From: Antedon mediterranea
Taxonomy: Eukaryota > Animalia > Echinodermata
Assembly: GCF_964355755.1 (NCBI RefSeq)
Contig: NC_092670.1
Span: forward strand, 3,586,201 to 3,650,200
DNA: 64,000 nucleotides
Direction of reading: 5' to 3'
The notes under the pieces are model-generated. The model was not told where the DNA came from, did not search any database, and worked only from the letters and a program-made list of their open reading frames with translations. The translations under genes and the position numbers were made by a program. Below are positions 1 to 21,000 of this stretch, in pieces (within the stretch, counting starts at the first letter, position 1; each line of letters begins with the position of its first letter).

Positions 1-79
1 TTAAAATATTTTTTAAAAGCATGTCTATAAACATATATTTTTTAATATATAAATATAAACCTTGAACGTTAATTGTTAC

Positions 80-892
80 CTGGACAATATTCTTCATCGC
101 TATTGTCGCCACAGGTATCATAACCGTCACATAGAAAGCGAGGTTGGATACAGTGACCATTAGAACATTCGAATAAGTTAAAAAGCTGACACAATAGGCC
201 TAATTATAAAAAAATAATAATAATCATTACAACAATAATATATTTTTTAAATTTTGAAAACAACAAAAACTAAATAAATTTTACTTGAAATACACATTTG
301 CGATTGAAACCCAAAATCTATAAGATTATAAAAATTGCTGTTAAATAATTATTGTTGGACATATAATTTAAGTTATAATATAAGCAATTTTAACCCCACG
401 CCTACTTGACCAGAATACTGTATCTCCACATAACGACAAAATTTGCCCATCACGGAATATTTGGTAATACAGCATCCTATTTGTATCACATGTGGTGCCT
501 TTATTATGCAATGTTAAGAGTTAGGTTGTATATGATACTAGGAGACATGTGAAGCAGAAAATCTACATAAAGTATTGAGAAGCTTGATTCCTACTGGCCG
601 CCGCAACGTAATCACGAACTGTCGCTTGTGATTGCGTAGCATGCGTTGCGTCCAAGTGGAAACCAAGAAAACTCAAATCTCAGACGTAAATGATTTAAGC
701 CTGTTTTCCTGTCGATCGTTAAGTTGCGTTGTGTTTAAAATCGTTAACGATTAACAGGAAAAAGGGGTAAAAATCAACGTTAAAAAACGTTACAATCTGC
801 AATCGTTACTTACCATTGAAATGGTCATCTTCGATAGCACTGCTTTTGAAAATCAAGAGAAGAAATAACAATTTAGATTTTAGACCGCTCAT
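80..892 (-). CDS. 5' part of a secreted LDL-receptor class A (LDLa) domain protein, continuing off the left edge. Exons ~814-892 (signal peptide), possibly ~406-498, and ~80-199 (LDLa)
   Basis: Minus strand ATG at 892 reads [26 protein letters not shown] followed by G|GTAAGT. Exon 80-199 reads [31 protein letters not shown] (LDLa consensus) and ends G|GTAAC. Boundaries of the middle exon are uncertain. Confidence 0.6.
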
Positions 893-1435
893 CGTGTCAC
901 TCGACGCTTGGAAAGCTACTATCAATACACAAGGCGTTCTACGCCCTATCATCTTCAGTCCTACTTTATATATCACTTACTTTTTTCAATTTATTTCCTT
1001 AACAGATTTTTCCTGAATTTGGATCCAATCAAAATTGATCATAATACTGCAGAATGAAGCAATAATCTTAAAAGGCGCGTCCTTCCTGGTAATTAAATAA
1101 TATTTTAAAAAACTAAAATTCTGTGGTAAAATGTGGAAATAGACAAACAAAATCAAAAGGAGTGCCACAATCTTAAATGATAATAAGACACTAGCTATAC
1201 AGTAGACGAGAAAAGACCCATAAGAACAATTTTAAATTGTCTCTGTAAGTTTATTGTAAAAAGAGCGTCTATCTCGCTTACGTGTTTAACTTTCTTCCAA
1301 ATTGTAATATGTTCTTGCTCAGACAATTATCTTTCAACATTGCCATCTTCATGTTTCATTTTGATGACGTCATTATGTCAATAATTAGACTATACGTGGG
1401 TGCCGTTATTCACATATTAATTTATGAATATCTAA

Positions 1436-1587
1436 AGCTCCGTCTATACTATCAAACTTTATGTGACAACAAATGTGACGAGCCCATATATGGATGTCAT
1501 ATCACTGCCATATTTAAGCATATCACTACCATATTTGGGACCATCACACTTTTTTTGTCAAACTAGGTTGATAGTGTAGACAGAGCT
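1436..1587. mobile_element. MITE family A (~150 bp, PIF/Harbinger-like), copy 1 of 11. Others: 12204-12343, 25452-25610, 27953-28088, 28660-28777, 35779-35931, 46585-47165, 49202-49326, 50561-50715, 57588-57713, 60971-61121
   Basis: TIR AGCTCTGTCTACACTATCAAACT...AGTTTGATAGTGTAGACAGAGCT, TAA/TTA flanks, shared core 'tgtgatgtgcccatatatggacatgatgatgtcatatcactaccatatttggg'. Superfamily inferred from TWA flanks and terminus style. Confidence 0.85.
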
Positions 1588-1965
1588 TAACAAATATTAT
1601 ATCTGAAACTCATGTCTGTAGCTAAATAATGTAAATTGCCTAATGGGTATTTGTTGATATCCAGGAGGAATAAAAATAAATTTGTTAAAACATCAAAATA
1701 ACTTTACAAGGAGTGTCTTTCTTCCGGTTACTGTTATCAATAATTAACGTTTATTATTTCATCGAAACGTAGTATAATGTGGTTTATTGTGGAATTGATA
1801 GAATAGATTACATTTGATCAACATCTAAAGAAACAAAAGGTGTGCCACAATCAGAACAGAGTAAAAAATAAAACTAGTAATTAATACGGAAATTCATCTA
1901 CAAAAAAAGATGCATTATTAAAATCATAATTTAGATTTAAATCTTTCAAATTTTTTGTTTTAATA

Positions 1966-9325
<7,360 letters not shown>

Positions 9326-12077
9326 CTTTGCTACTGCTGATGTCCTAAAAATAAAATGTGTATATTATTATTATAAATCAGTAAAAAATGACTACTACAC
9401 TAGGAAATGTTACTATTGTGGATACTTTTCTTTAGGCCTATAGTTTCAACTTTTTTAATTTCATTCTTCTAAAACTTTCTCACTTTCAAACTTTCTGCTT
9501 TCGTTCATCAATCCCAAGTTTTAATCCTTGATTATTTTGGCATAGTTACAGCACATGATATGTTGTTGAGAAGAAACTAGCATTATGAAATAATAAAGTA
9601 ATTATTAAATTTAAAAACTTACTTCAGGTTCTGCTAAATTGTTAGATCTTGGAACCACTCGAATAGCTCGTCTGGCGTTCTGTGTTCACCAACACGAAGT
9701 GAACAGAATATTTTCATCAAGTGTTATAAAAGCAATTGCTCACGGTCCATTATTTTTGTTTTCTTAACTAACTCATGGCTATCTAATGGAATAAAGAAGC
9801 GCATTTTCGACTATTGTTGTGCCTAATTAAACGTATAGTAGGCCTACACACAAAGTATACGGTACTCTTCGCCACACCCGGTTTAACTATTTCTCTCTGT
9901 TATTCTCATTTCCATTATCTACGCATATTCATTTCATATTGTATTACAATTTTAAGACCTAAGAAGCTTAAGTCCTCATGGACTTCTCAATGGATGCCTA
10001 CCCTATAATAACTGGTAATTTATAATTAATACAAATTACATTAAGTAATACTTTTAGTGGATGTTAATAATAATTTACAATATTCTGAACACCCTTAATT
10101 TGCATATTTCAGCTAATGTGCATATGTTCCCAAGGTGTGAACGAGTTGTGATTTGTGGAATTTCATATAGATTTTTGGGTCTTCTTTCTCTTCTGTGTTT
10201 ACTTTTATCGAAATTGGTGAATGGTTATTTTGACTTTATGAACCAGTGTAGTAGACATTTTTGGACCTGTATTTTACTTTTTTTCCAGAAACTAATTAAT
10301 GGTTTGAGTAACTATTACCGTTGTATTATCTTAGCAGACTCTTGTATTCATTGCTTCTTGCAATATGCTATTTACTTTTACAGAAACTGATTTCTACAAC
10401 TCATCATTGAACACAGACATAACTCAAGAGTGAAATCGATTGCACACGGTGTATTATTTTGTTTTCTTAACTAAATTGTGTGACGTGGGGATACCTAATT
10501 TTAAATTGGTATCTTTACTTTAAACAAAAGTAAATTTTACGAGTAGTTTTGACTATTTGCCTCATTAAACTGCTTATACAAATCAGTGTTTAGGCCTACG
10601 TCCGGTCCATATGGTGGTGTTGTTTTAGCAGATTCGACTATTCACCAAGTTTTACCTTTGTCACAACCGGCCAACGGATCGAATTTCTTCATTCATAACA
10701 GAAATATATATTATAGAATAGAACCAGTTATTTTAACAGTAAAACATATCAATCATTGTCGCAGTATTACGTTTTACATATCTAGATTATCAAATTCCTC
10801 GATGCCAAGATTTTACTTTGCAAAATTCGGTAGCGAACGTTGTGGTCTGATATTCGTGTTTTCTTCATTCCAATAATTAATTTAAAGCTATAGATTTCTT
10901 TCACGATTTCGAAACTTCAAACTTAGCATTATGTAAGTCATCGTTTTCAATAATATTTATTGTAAGATTTTTTTGCTTGACAATTTACATACAATAAAAG
11001 TAACAATTTTCTGCTATACATCCACATATATATATTTTATTATCATAGTAAACTTTCCTATCTTATTGCACTTTAGTAACTAAAACATAAAAAATAGTGT
11101 ATTGTCACACCCCCGAACCCCCCACCCAGAATACACCCCCCTCTCCAATACAACCACCCCCACCCCACCCCCCTCCCAGCATTCTACCCCACCATAATTC
11201 TATAGATTATTTCTATATTTACACTAGATCGACATCGGAGAAAGTGCGTCACTATTACGTACGTCACTAATAATACTCGTTTTACGGTATACATGATTAG
11301 AATTTTTCTGTCGCTACTAACTTAATTTATACATATATTTAAGTAATAATATTGATTTTGTGAAACGAAAGGAAATGTTCCTACACATTCATCAAGGGGA
11401 AAACATAGCTGGGGAGATGGGAATTTCAATAATGTTGGACTTAGGACCTGGAACCATTCACTGTAATACATCAGACACTCGTCATCACCTTGCAATGATT
11501 GTTGGGCTGGTGCTATAAAAATACAACGATTGGTTGTCTAATTTTGTTTACAGGGACTGAAGTACCACACGATCCAGAATAATGTATTTCTACTAAGGAT
11601 AATACACAGAGTAAACTCAATAGTTTTGTTTGTTTTAACAAATATTAAAAATAATATATTGCATAAAATGATTTTAGGGAATTACAAATAACAAATATTC
11701 CCCTCTTTCAATATCATCTGAGTAACAACATACAACCATACATTTATTAAATACAGTATTTACAATTTATAGATATTTTATATATTTGTATTATTTGTTA
11801 TAATAAACAAGGAAATGTATTGAAACATACTCTAAATATATTATATTGTTTCAAAATGTGACGATTGACCCCATTTTTATTTTTATTCTTTCTTTCATTC
11901 ATTTCAACAACATCAGGAATCATTATTGTAATCCTGAAAATATTAGTCTGTGCTGGGCTGTGGTGAGTCTATTGTTAATTTTAGCAAACAACATTAAACA
12001 TAGAAATACTTAAGAGTTTTTAAGGATTCAAGATGGCTATAAGTTGGATGGAATGTTTCAGCATTATCTAACTTTCT

Positions 12078-15000
12078 TTAGATTGTTTTTGATTTGAATG
12101 ATAATGACGGTGCCAACTCCTGAAACAAAATAACAAATGGAACATGTAAAATTAAATTGTGAATGATATTATTGTATTGTTAGTAAGCGAGTTATCAATG
12201 TAAAGCTCTGTCTACACTATCAAACTAGTTTGACAAAAAAATTGTGATGTGCCCAACTATGGTAGTGATATGACATCATCATGTCCATATATGGGCATAT
12301 CACATTTTTTTGTCACATAAAGTTTGATAGAGTAGACAGAGCTTAAGTTAGTCATCAACAGTAGTCTATTGTTACTTATCGTTAGTCAGTAATCGTTAGT
12401 TGTTAGTTTTTCAGTGTTAGTTTTTGTCATTGTCCATTCATATTTGGTTTCAATTGGTTAGTCAGTTTGTATGATTAAGTGTGGGAAAACATTTATTTAA
12501 ATTAGAGCTAACAATGATCTTATTAGTGTTGTTTCAGACACAAATTGAAACATACCTCATTTAGTTCTGGAAATAGATCCAATATAACGGTATCTAGTAG
12601 AACGTATGAGAGTTGTTTGTTTAGCTTTGGGTACTGTAAAACATCAAACACCAGTTTGAAGCCGTCATGGAATTTATCTTTGCCTAGCAACCATGGTAGT
12701 ACACCTAACAAACAAAATCAATTGTACAATATCACAAATAAAAATTTCTTTTGAATAATAAAAATTTTCTCCCGTTTAGGTATTTGCAGTGAAAAGATAA
12801 ATAAGTTGTATTTTGTATTAGTAAATATTTATGCAAATTATAGCCATAAAACTACTATAACCAATCAGTTTTATAATTTCTATTACAAAAGAATAATGTG
12901 TCTTTTCAACAAGGTCAACAAGTTGATGAAATTTGACCTCATTACCCAAACGGTTTGTAAATGATAATAAGATGATGACAACAATACCTGGGAAGAAGTC
13001 CATCATTTGCTTAAATGTTTCATTTTTTCTCTCTAGTTCTTGTTCCTCTGTAAGTGGTGGGTCATCATCAAAAAACAAAGCATCTAAAAAAGAAAAAAAT
13101 GAATTAATGTTTATTGTTTCTTATGACTGATAACAATTGATTGATTTAAATTGATTAGAAAGTTATCGATAAAAATTGATGGATAAAAATTGATTGAGAA
13201 GTTCCTGATTAAAATTAATTGGAAAGGTATTGATAACACTTCTTGATTGAGAAGTTATTGATTAAAGTTGATTGGAAAGTTATTGATAAAAATTGATGGA
13301 TAAAATGATTGAGAAGTTATTGATTAAAATTGATTATAAATTTATTGATAACAATTGATGGATAAAAATGATTGAGAAGTTATTAATTAAAATTGATTGA
13401 TAAAAATTTATTAACATTTATTAAAATGGTTTTGTAAATATATATACTTTAAATCCACTGCAAATGAATACTACTAGAAATACATTTTAAGTACAAACTT
13501 ACCTTTGAGCAGATGGATAATTTTTTCCATTTGTTCTTCACTTTTAACTTGGTCAAGTTTCATGCCCAGGTAACTGTTATGAACACAATTGTAGAAAAAA
13601 GAACAAGAAGTTATGAAAAAATCTGGGTAGTACCAGATGATAAACAAGTGCCACGACATTTAAATAAGCATTTTTGCTAAACAGATGAGATGAGCACAAA
13701 TGTTGAATAAATTAACCAGTCAGAAACTGTGTATAATATTATATTACTATTATATATTATAATATTTGGGCAAATGCAGAGGGTATGCTGTTTAATAGAG
13801 GTAACACAAGTCTATAATATGCGAATAGAAAACAGAAAACAAAACTAAAATAAACAGGATGACATATTATTTTTATATGCATTAAATTTGTGAAATAGCA
13901 GTTTATATATAACTTCAATGTTATGGACTTTTAACAAACTTCCATAGAGTATGTGTGTAAAAATAATTTTACACACATAAGCAGTGCATATTTAACATTT
14001 ATGTAAATTAGCAAATCACCTGTCAATGAAAGCTTCTAAAAGATTTTTGAATATCTTTTGTAGAGTGACAAGACAATGATGTACTCTTGCTGGAACCTCA
14101 AACACAGAACGAGCTGGAAATAAAAAAACAAACAACAAAATAATCAAAATATTTCATTTTTTACCTTCTATAGATAACGGACAACTTTAGCGAGAATAAT
14201 ATTTTGGCAATGTATTTAGGATGTACATATGATTTCGGAACAATCGCTTGCCGTACAGTTGTTGAAATCATAAGTACATCCTAACGTTATAAAAATAATG
14301 ATTCTCAGTAAAGTTGTGCTTTAAGGTAAAACTAGCATATATACTTAGACACAAGCAACTATTTATAATGTGTATGTTGTAATTTAATAATAATTTTTAT
14401 GAAAGGCTATTAAATGAGTCTTACCTAGATACAAAATGTAATCAAATATGCCGTCCAAATGTAAAATATCTGCTTCTGGGTTTGAGCATTGTTGTAAGGT
14501 ATCCTTGTCAGCGAGCATGTCTGCATTATTGCCAAACATTGTACCTGTCAACTAATTAAAAAAAAGATTATTGCCAGCCTATTGTGCTACTCCGTATTGT
14601 ATAACCAATGGACAATGGACAATCCAATAAAGTAGAACAATTATATATAGTGTGCATAAGAAGTTGATTTTCAAAGGCGCTCAGACAACAACGTCACATG
14701 GCAAAAATTCTCAAGATGTTTACAGAAAGCTGAACATGCATTAGAGCATGTTAATTATCAATATTATTTGTAATGACATGTGATGCGACATTAACTAATC
14801 AAATTGCACGAATACAGTCAGGTGTCTTATAAATTAAAACAAGAAATCTTACTTTACTCTGCATGTCAGAAGCATTGGGTTCTGTCACTTCTGTTTTACT
14901 GAAATAAAAAAATATAGGCTCAAGTTAAAAGAAAAATTCAGAGTTATTCACATGGCCTGCATTGTGATGGTATATATGTATACGTTATTAAGTTATATAA

Positions 15001-18000
15001 GTTATAAGTTATTCACATGGCTAAGGTACTGTGACTATATTGCACCTTCAATGCTAGTGGATGAGCACAGACTATTGGGAGAATTTCAAATACATAGTTG
15101 AAAAACAACATTAAAAAGACCAAAGTTTAAAAAACAACTATATTATACAATATAACAAAATTGTTAGTACAGGTAAATAGAGAGTAATATTATACAGATA
15201 TTGACTGCTTTGAGGTTAAATATAAGATTTGACATACCCCAAAGGGATTGATATTTTGTTTGAGGGAATATATATTTCTCGAGAACATAATATCATTCCC
15301 GAGTGGATGTCAAATCTTATATTTTACCGATATAAAAGGCGATATATATATATTATATATTATCATTATATCGAGTACATACATTATCAATAAATTTAAA
15401 TAGAAATATTTACATATTAATTAGCATATATAAATATATTCAGTAAAAAGACATTAAAGATACACAAAAATAGCAATATAAACACAGAAAATATTCATTC
15501 TTTGATATGAAAGCATAGGTCCCCATTTAGAGTCTGCTTTAAAATCTAGGTTTAGTGGTCTTAGTAGCTTTGGTCGCTAATTAGAATACTTTTTTATTAT
15601 GTTTACATCCACAAACTGTTCTTTACTTAAACTTCTATTAAAATGATGAGACATTACTTTTTTTTTCCAGTAATTGAAGGTGAGCAGAATTCATGCTTTT
15701 ATGGTTTACATACAGTGCTAGTCTTTCATTCTTTTCTCAGAATGAACATCCCTCAATTGGAAATGGAACAATCCTAATACTTATTATGCAAATATGGAAA
15801 CAAAATGGATGTTGGGTGATAAAGGTAGACACTTATGAACTATACAATTACATGCAATCTAATCTAATCACAAAATAGCAACACTGTTTTACAACACCAA
15901 ACATTCAAAAGTACAAATTTTATTTATTTTTTTTAGTTTTGAAAGGAGGTGTAAACATGTAAGGCTATCAGTTTATTAAGAAGGCCCTTTCAATTCTTTA
16001 TACAGTTTGATTTTATATTATAAACATTTTAAATATTATTTTATAATATATAGTTTAGAAGTTTGTTTATTATCTGTCAAAAGATTTCAGAGAGAGAATC
16101 TGTCAAAAGATTTCAGAGAGAGAATGTACTACCGTATCTGATACCAAGCATTTTTATGAGCTGGTAAATGTGTTATAAGTAAGGAAAGCTTTAATTTTAT
16201 AATAATTTCTTGCAAAAAGAAAGAAAAACTGTGGAATATGTGGATACAACATTATACATATTACATTTAATAAATGCATGAGTGTGTTTTTTGCTTTTGG
16301 TTTATAGTGGATAAAATCAAAATAAACAAATTAACTAAATTATTTCAAAAATTAATTTAGGCAAAACAGAAAAGTCTGGAATAATAATATTAAATTATTT
16401 TTAAAATACCATTAACTATACCCGCTTGAATATACCATTATAAAATAATACTATTGCACTACATTTCACTGAAGCTTATAACTGTGCAGTCGATAAGAAG
16501 GAAACATAGTTAGCTGACAAAAACTGGTAATTTCTCGCATGAGTATTGAGGGCTGTATTCAAGCGAATACAGAATACTGTTCTGATATATTTCATTTCAA
16601 AAATTGAAAAATATTATAAGGCAAGGCAAAAGTGGTTAGTTAAGACATACAATTAAAATATATACAAACTATGGTGAAAATTATTATTAAGGACATTGCC
16701 AACAATTGAGTTTACCCCATAAACTGGCCAAATAAACCACGTAGGGCTTTAAAAGCCTCTAAATTCTGAAACGGTTTCTGTTTCCTTCAGTGTCCAGAGG
16801 CAATTAAAATAATAAGAGTAAATAATGTTTAAAAATTAAATTAATATTAATGAAAAAACAAAAATGATATTTAAATAAAAAATGATTTATTTATATTTGT
16901 AAATAAATCATTTTGTTGCAGCACTAGTGAATTATTACAAATTTAAATATTAATAATTAATGAAAAATGATATTATTGTAACAAAATGATTATTAAAAAA
17001 AATGTTCGGTTTATATTTTTCTCTATCTATAGTATTTGTATAAACACAAAATAAAATTGTTAAGGAATGAGGGATGAAAATAAAATCATTAAGAATAAAA
17101 TATATGCAGTTTCATTTATATACATTAATTGTTTTCAAATAAAAACAACACTATATTAAACTAACACCACAAATTTAGCAGGCTACTCTTGACGGGTTTA
17201 ACTATTTGGATTTAAGGCTACAGGTATGACAAGCCATCAGGTTTATTAACAAAATATTGGCTTGCTATCAAAATAACACTTTTTCTTCCTTAAAATAATT
17301 TTACCTCACAGATTAAGAGAGAGAGATGCTTTTATAATTTTCACTGACACTAAATTATATTATTATATTAATATTTCATGCAATGCCAGACTGGCCATTA
17401 ATGCATTTCAAATCATTTTCGTGTTGAGTCACCTGCTAAATTTATCTATAACTAAACAGCAAGTAAAACAAACACCTGATAATGCCATATTTAAATTTCT
17501 CATTCTAATTTGCATGCCTATTTGCATAAAATATTATAACATAACTTCATTATTTATTGATAATAACATATTGACAAACATTATACAAGGGGGTGACATG
17601 CAAATAATGATTCACAAAGGAAACAGAGGACGAGAGTCGGAGGGAACATTACTAATAAATATGAATATTTTTGACATGAAAAGATTATTTTTTTGCAGTA
17701 TTTTCACCAGTGTAAAAATTGTGGTGGAGTTATTCAAATTTCTGGAAAATTTTGTTTATGGTTATAAAATAGGCATATTATGTTTTCATATTTAACTATA
17801 AAATAAGATTTAAAACAATTAATTATGAAAGATAAGTGTTAGAAGCTTACCTTGGTTTTGGCTTTGGGGCTTCTACAGAGTTTAGAAATGATTGTAGAAA
17901 TGCCTCTAGATGTTGTCCTTTCTAAAACAATAAAACAAACATCATAATTATTCTGAAATACTTTGAGTTTTTCTATAAAATAGTAGAGTATCATAAAAAA

Positions 18001-21000
18001 ATAAACCATACCTCTTTCATTAGCCTTTGAGGTACAGACTTTACCATCCTCCCTGAAACCGAAACACAACAGAATTTAATGAATAAAGCCTTTAAAAAAG
18101 ACTTAATTAAATTACCCATACTCCAAATTTCACTCAAATTGAAGGAGGTTTTGTAAATTGAAGGGTTTAACTCATTGAGATGGAATGACTATGGAAAAGA
18201 AATAACATAATAGACAGTTTAACGTGTGTGTGCATTTGATGACAACTAAAGGTAAAGATATAAAACAACTATTTCTCCTTTATACTTTCACATCTAATAG
18301 TGATACTGAACAGATATACAATACAAACTGTATAACACCATATAAAGTGAAATTAATTTGAAAACTTACCCAGATTAACGTCACTAAGGAATTTAGTGAC
18401 AAATTCGGTGCCTGGAGTAAGGAAACTATGAAGGAGTCCACTACCACGTAACACTGGTTTGGTTAAAAGGTTCTGAAAAAAAATAAGAAAGATGCAATAT
18501 GCTGATTGAATTCAATCCTTTACGATGTAACACTGGTTTGGTTAAAAGGTTCTGAAAAAAAATAAGAAAGATGCAATATGCTGATTGAATTCAATCCTTT
18601 ACGATGTAACACTGGTTTGGTTAAAAGGTTCTGAAAAAATAATAAGAAAGATGCAATATGCTGATTGAATTCAATCTTTTACGATGTAACACTGGTTTGG
18701 TTAAAAGGTTCTGAAAAAAAATAAGAAAGATGCAATATGCTGATTGAATTCAATCCTTTACGATGTAACACTGGTTTGGTTAAAAGGTTCTGAAAAAAAA
18801 TAAGAAAGATGCAATATGCTGATTGAATTCAATCCTTTACGATGTAACACTGGTTTGGTTAAAAGGTTCTGAAAAAAAATAAGAAAGATGCAATATGCTG
18901 ATTGAATTCAATCCTTTACGATGTAACACTGGTTTGGTTAAAAGGTTCTGAAAAAAAATAAGAAAGATGCAATATGCTGATTGAATTCAATCCTTTACGA
19001 TGTAACACTGGTTTGGTTAAAAGGTTCTGAAAAAAAATAAGAAAGATGCAATATGCTGATTGAATTCAATCCTTTACGATGTAACACTGGTTTGGTTAAA
19101 AGGTTCTGAAAAAAAATAAGAAAGATGCAATATGCTGATTGAATTCAATCCTTTACGATGTAACACTGGTTTGGTTAAAAGGTTCTGAAAAAAAATAAGA
19201 AAGATGCAATATGCTGATTGAATTCAATCCTTTACGATGTAACACTGGTTTGGTTAAAAGGTTCTGAAAAAAAATAAGAAAGATGCAATATGCTGATTGA
19301 ATTCAATCCTTTACGATGTAACACTGGTTTGGTTAAAAGGTTCTGAAAAAAAATAAGAAAGATGCAATATGCTGATTGAATTCAATCCTTTACGATGTAA
19401 CACTGGTTTGGTTAAAAGGTTCTGAAAAAAAATAAGAAAGATGCAATATGCTGATTGAATTCAATCCTTTACGATGTAACACTGGTTTGGTTAAAAGGTT
19501 CTGAAAAAAAATAAGAAAGATGCAATATGCTGATTGAATTCAATCCTTTACGATGTAACACTGGTTTGGTTAAAAGGTTCTGAAAAAAAATAAGAAAGAT
19601 GCAATATGCTGATTGAATTCAATCCTTTACGATGTAACACTGGTTTGGTTAAAAGGTTCTGAAAAAAAATAAGAAAGATGCAATATGCTGATTGAATTCA
19701 ATCCTTTACGATGTAACACTGGTTTGGTTAAAAGGTTCTGAAAAAAAATAAGAAAGATGCAATATGCTGATTGAATTCAATCCTTTACGATGTAACACTG
19801 GTTTGGTTAAAAGGTTCTGAAAAAAAATAAGAAAGATGCAATATGCTGATTGAATTCAATCCTTTACGATGTAACACTGGTTTGGTTAAAAGGTTCTGAA
19901 AAAAAATAAGAAAGATGCAATATGCTGATTGAATTCAATCCTTTACGATGTAACACTGGTTTGGTTAAAAGGTTCTGAAAAAAAATAAGAAAGATGCAAT
20001 ATGCTGATTGAATTCAATCCTTTACGATGTAACACTGGTTTGGTTAAAAGGTTCTGAAAAAAAATAAGAAAGATGCAATATGCTGATTGAATTCAATCCT
20101 TTACGATGTAACACTGGTTTGGTTAAAAGGTTCTGAAAAAAAATAAGAAAGATGCAATATGCTGATTGAATTCAATCCTTTACGATGTAACACTGGTTTG
20201 GTTAAAAGGTTCTGAAAAAAAATAAGAAAGATGCAATATGCTGATTGAATTCAATCCTTTACGATGTAACACTGGTTTGGTTAAAAGGTTCTGAAAAAAA
20301 ATAAGAAAGATGCAATATGCTGATTGAATTCAATCTTTTACGATGTAACACTGGTTTGGTTAAAAGGTTCTGAAAAAGACAGGACACGTGCATTATGTTG
20401 ATTGAGTTAAATAATTAGAAAAGTAAAATGTTTAAATTGAAAAGAAAAATAGAAATTGACTTTGAGTGGAGTTGTGGCTTGGTGGTTATGATGCTTGGCT
20501 ACCAATCCAATGTCAGGATTTTTTCTAATGACAATTTGCAACTCCACTCGAAACAGGATTTAAGAAGGGCAATTTGCCTAAATATATTTAAAAAAATAAA
20601 AATTACCTGTAGATACTTTTCAAAGCAGTTTCTCTTAGAATCAATAAACTCTTTCGATTTGTTACCAAATGGTCTCTTAGTTGGCAAGGGAACGTCATCA
20701 AACTCCCCTCCTATATAAACAAAGTAACACTTATAAACCATCTAATTTCAATTGGTAAATGTATACATACAGTTATTTTCTTTTTACTATTCAATTTTAC
20801 TATTTAAATGGTAGTATCTTCAATCAGGAAAACTAAAGAAAAAAGTCCTACCGTGAAATTCCTTTAGTTTGCTATCAAGAACATAGAACTCCTGATAACG
20901 TCTAGAAAGATATAATATATATTCATTGTTTACATAAAAATGAAGGAAGTGAAATGAATAGAACTATGATTACACTTATGATACCATGTCTAAAAGATAC

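Noticed and set aside
9814-11600. Intergenic ORFs between the protease and SNX14
   Set aside because: No recognisable motifs or coherent splice structure.
18447-20375. CRISPR-like appearance of regular repeats (also 41580-42440, 50921-52965)
   Set aside because: Head-to-tail identical units with no unique spacers, no cas genes, eukaryotic intronic context.
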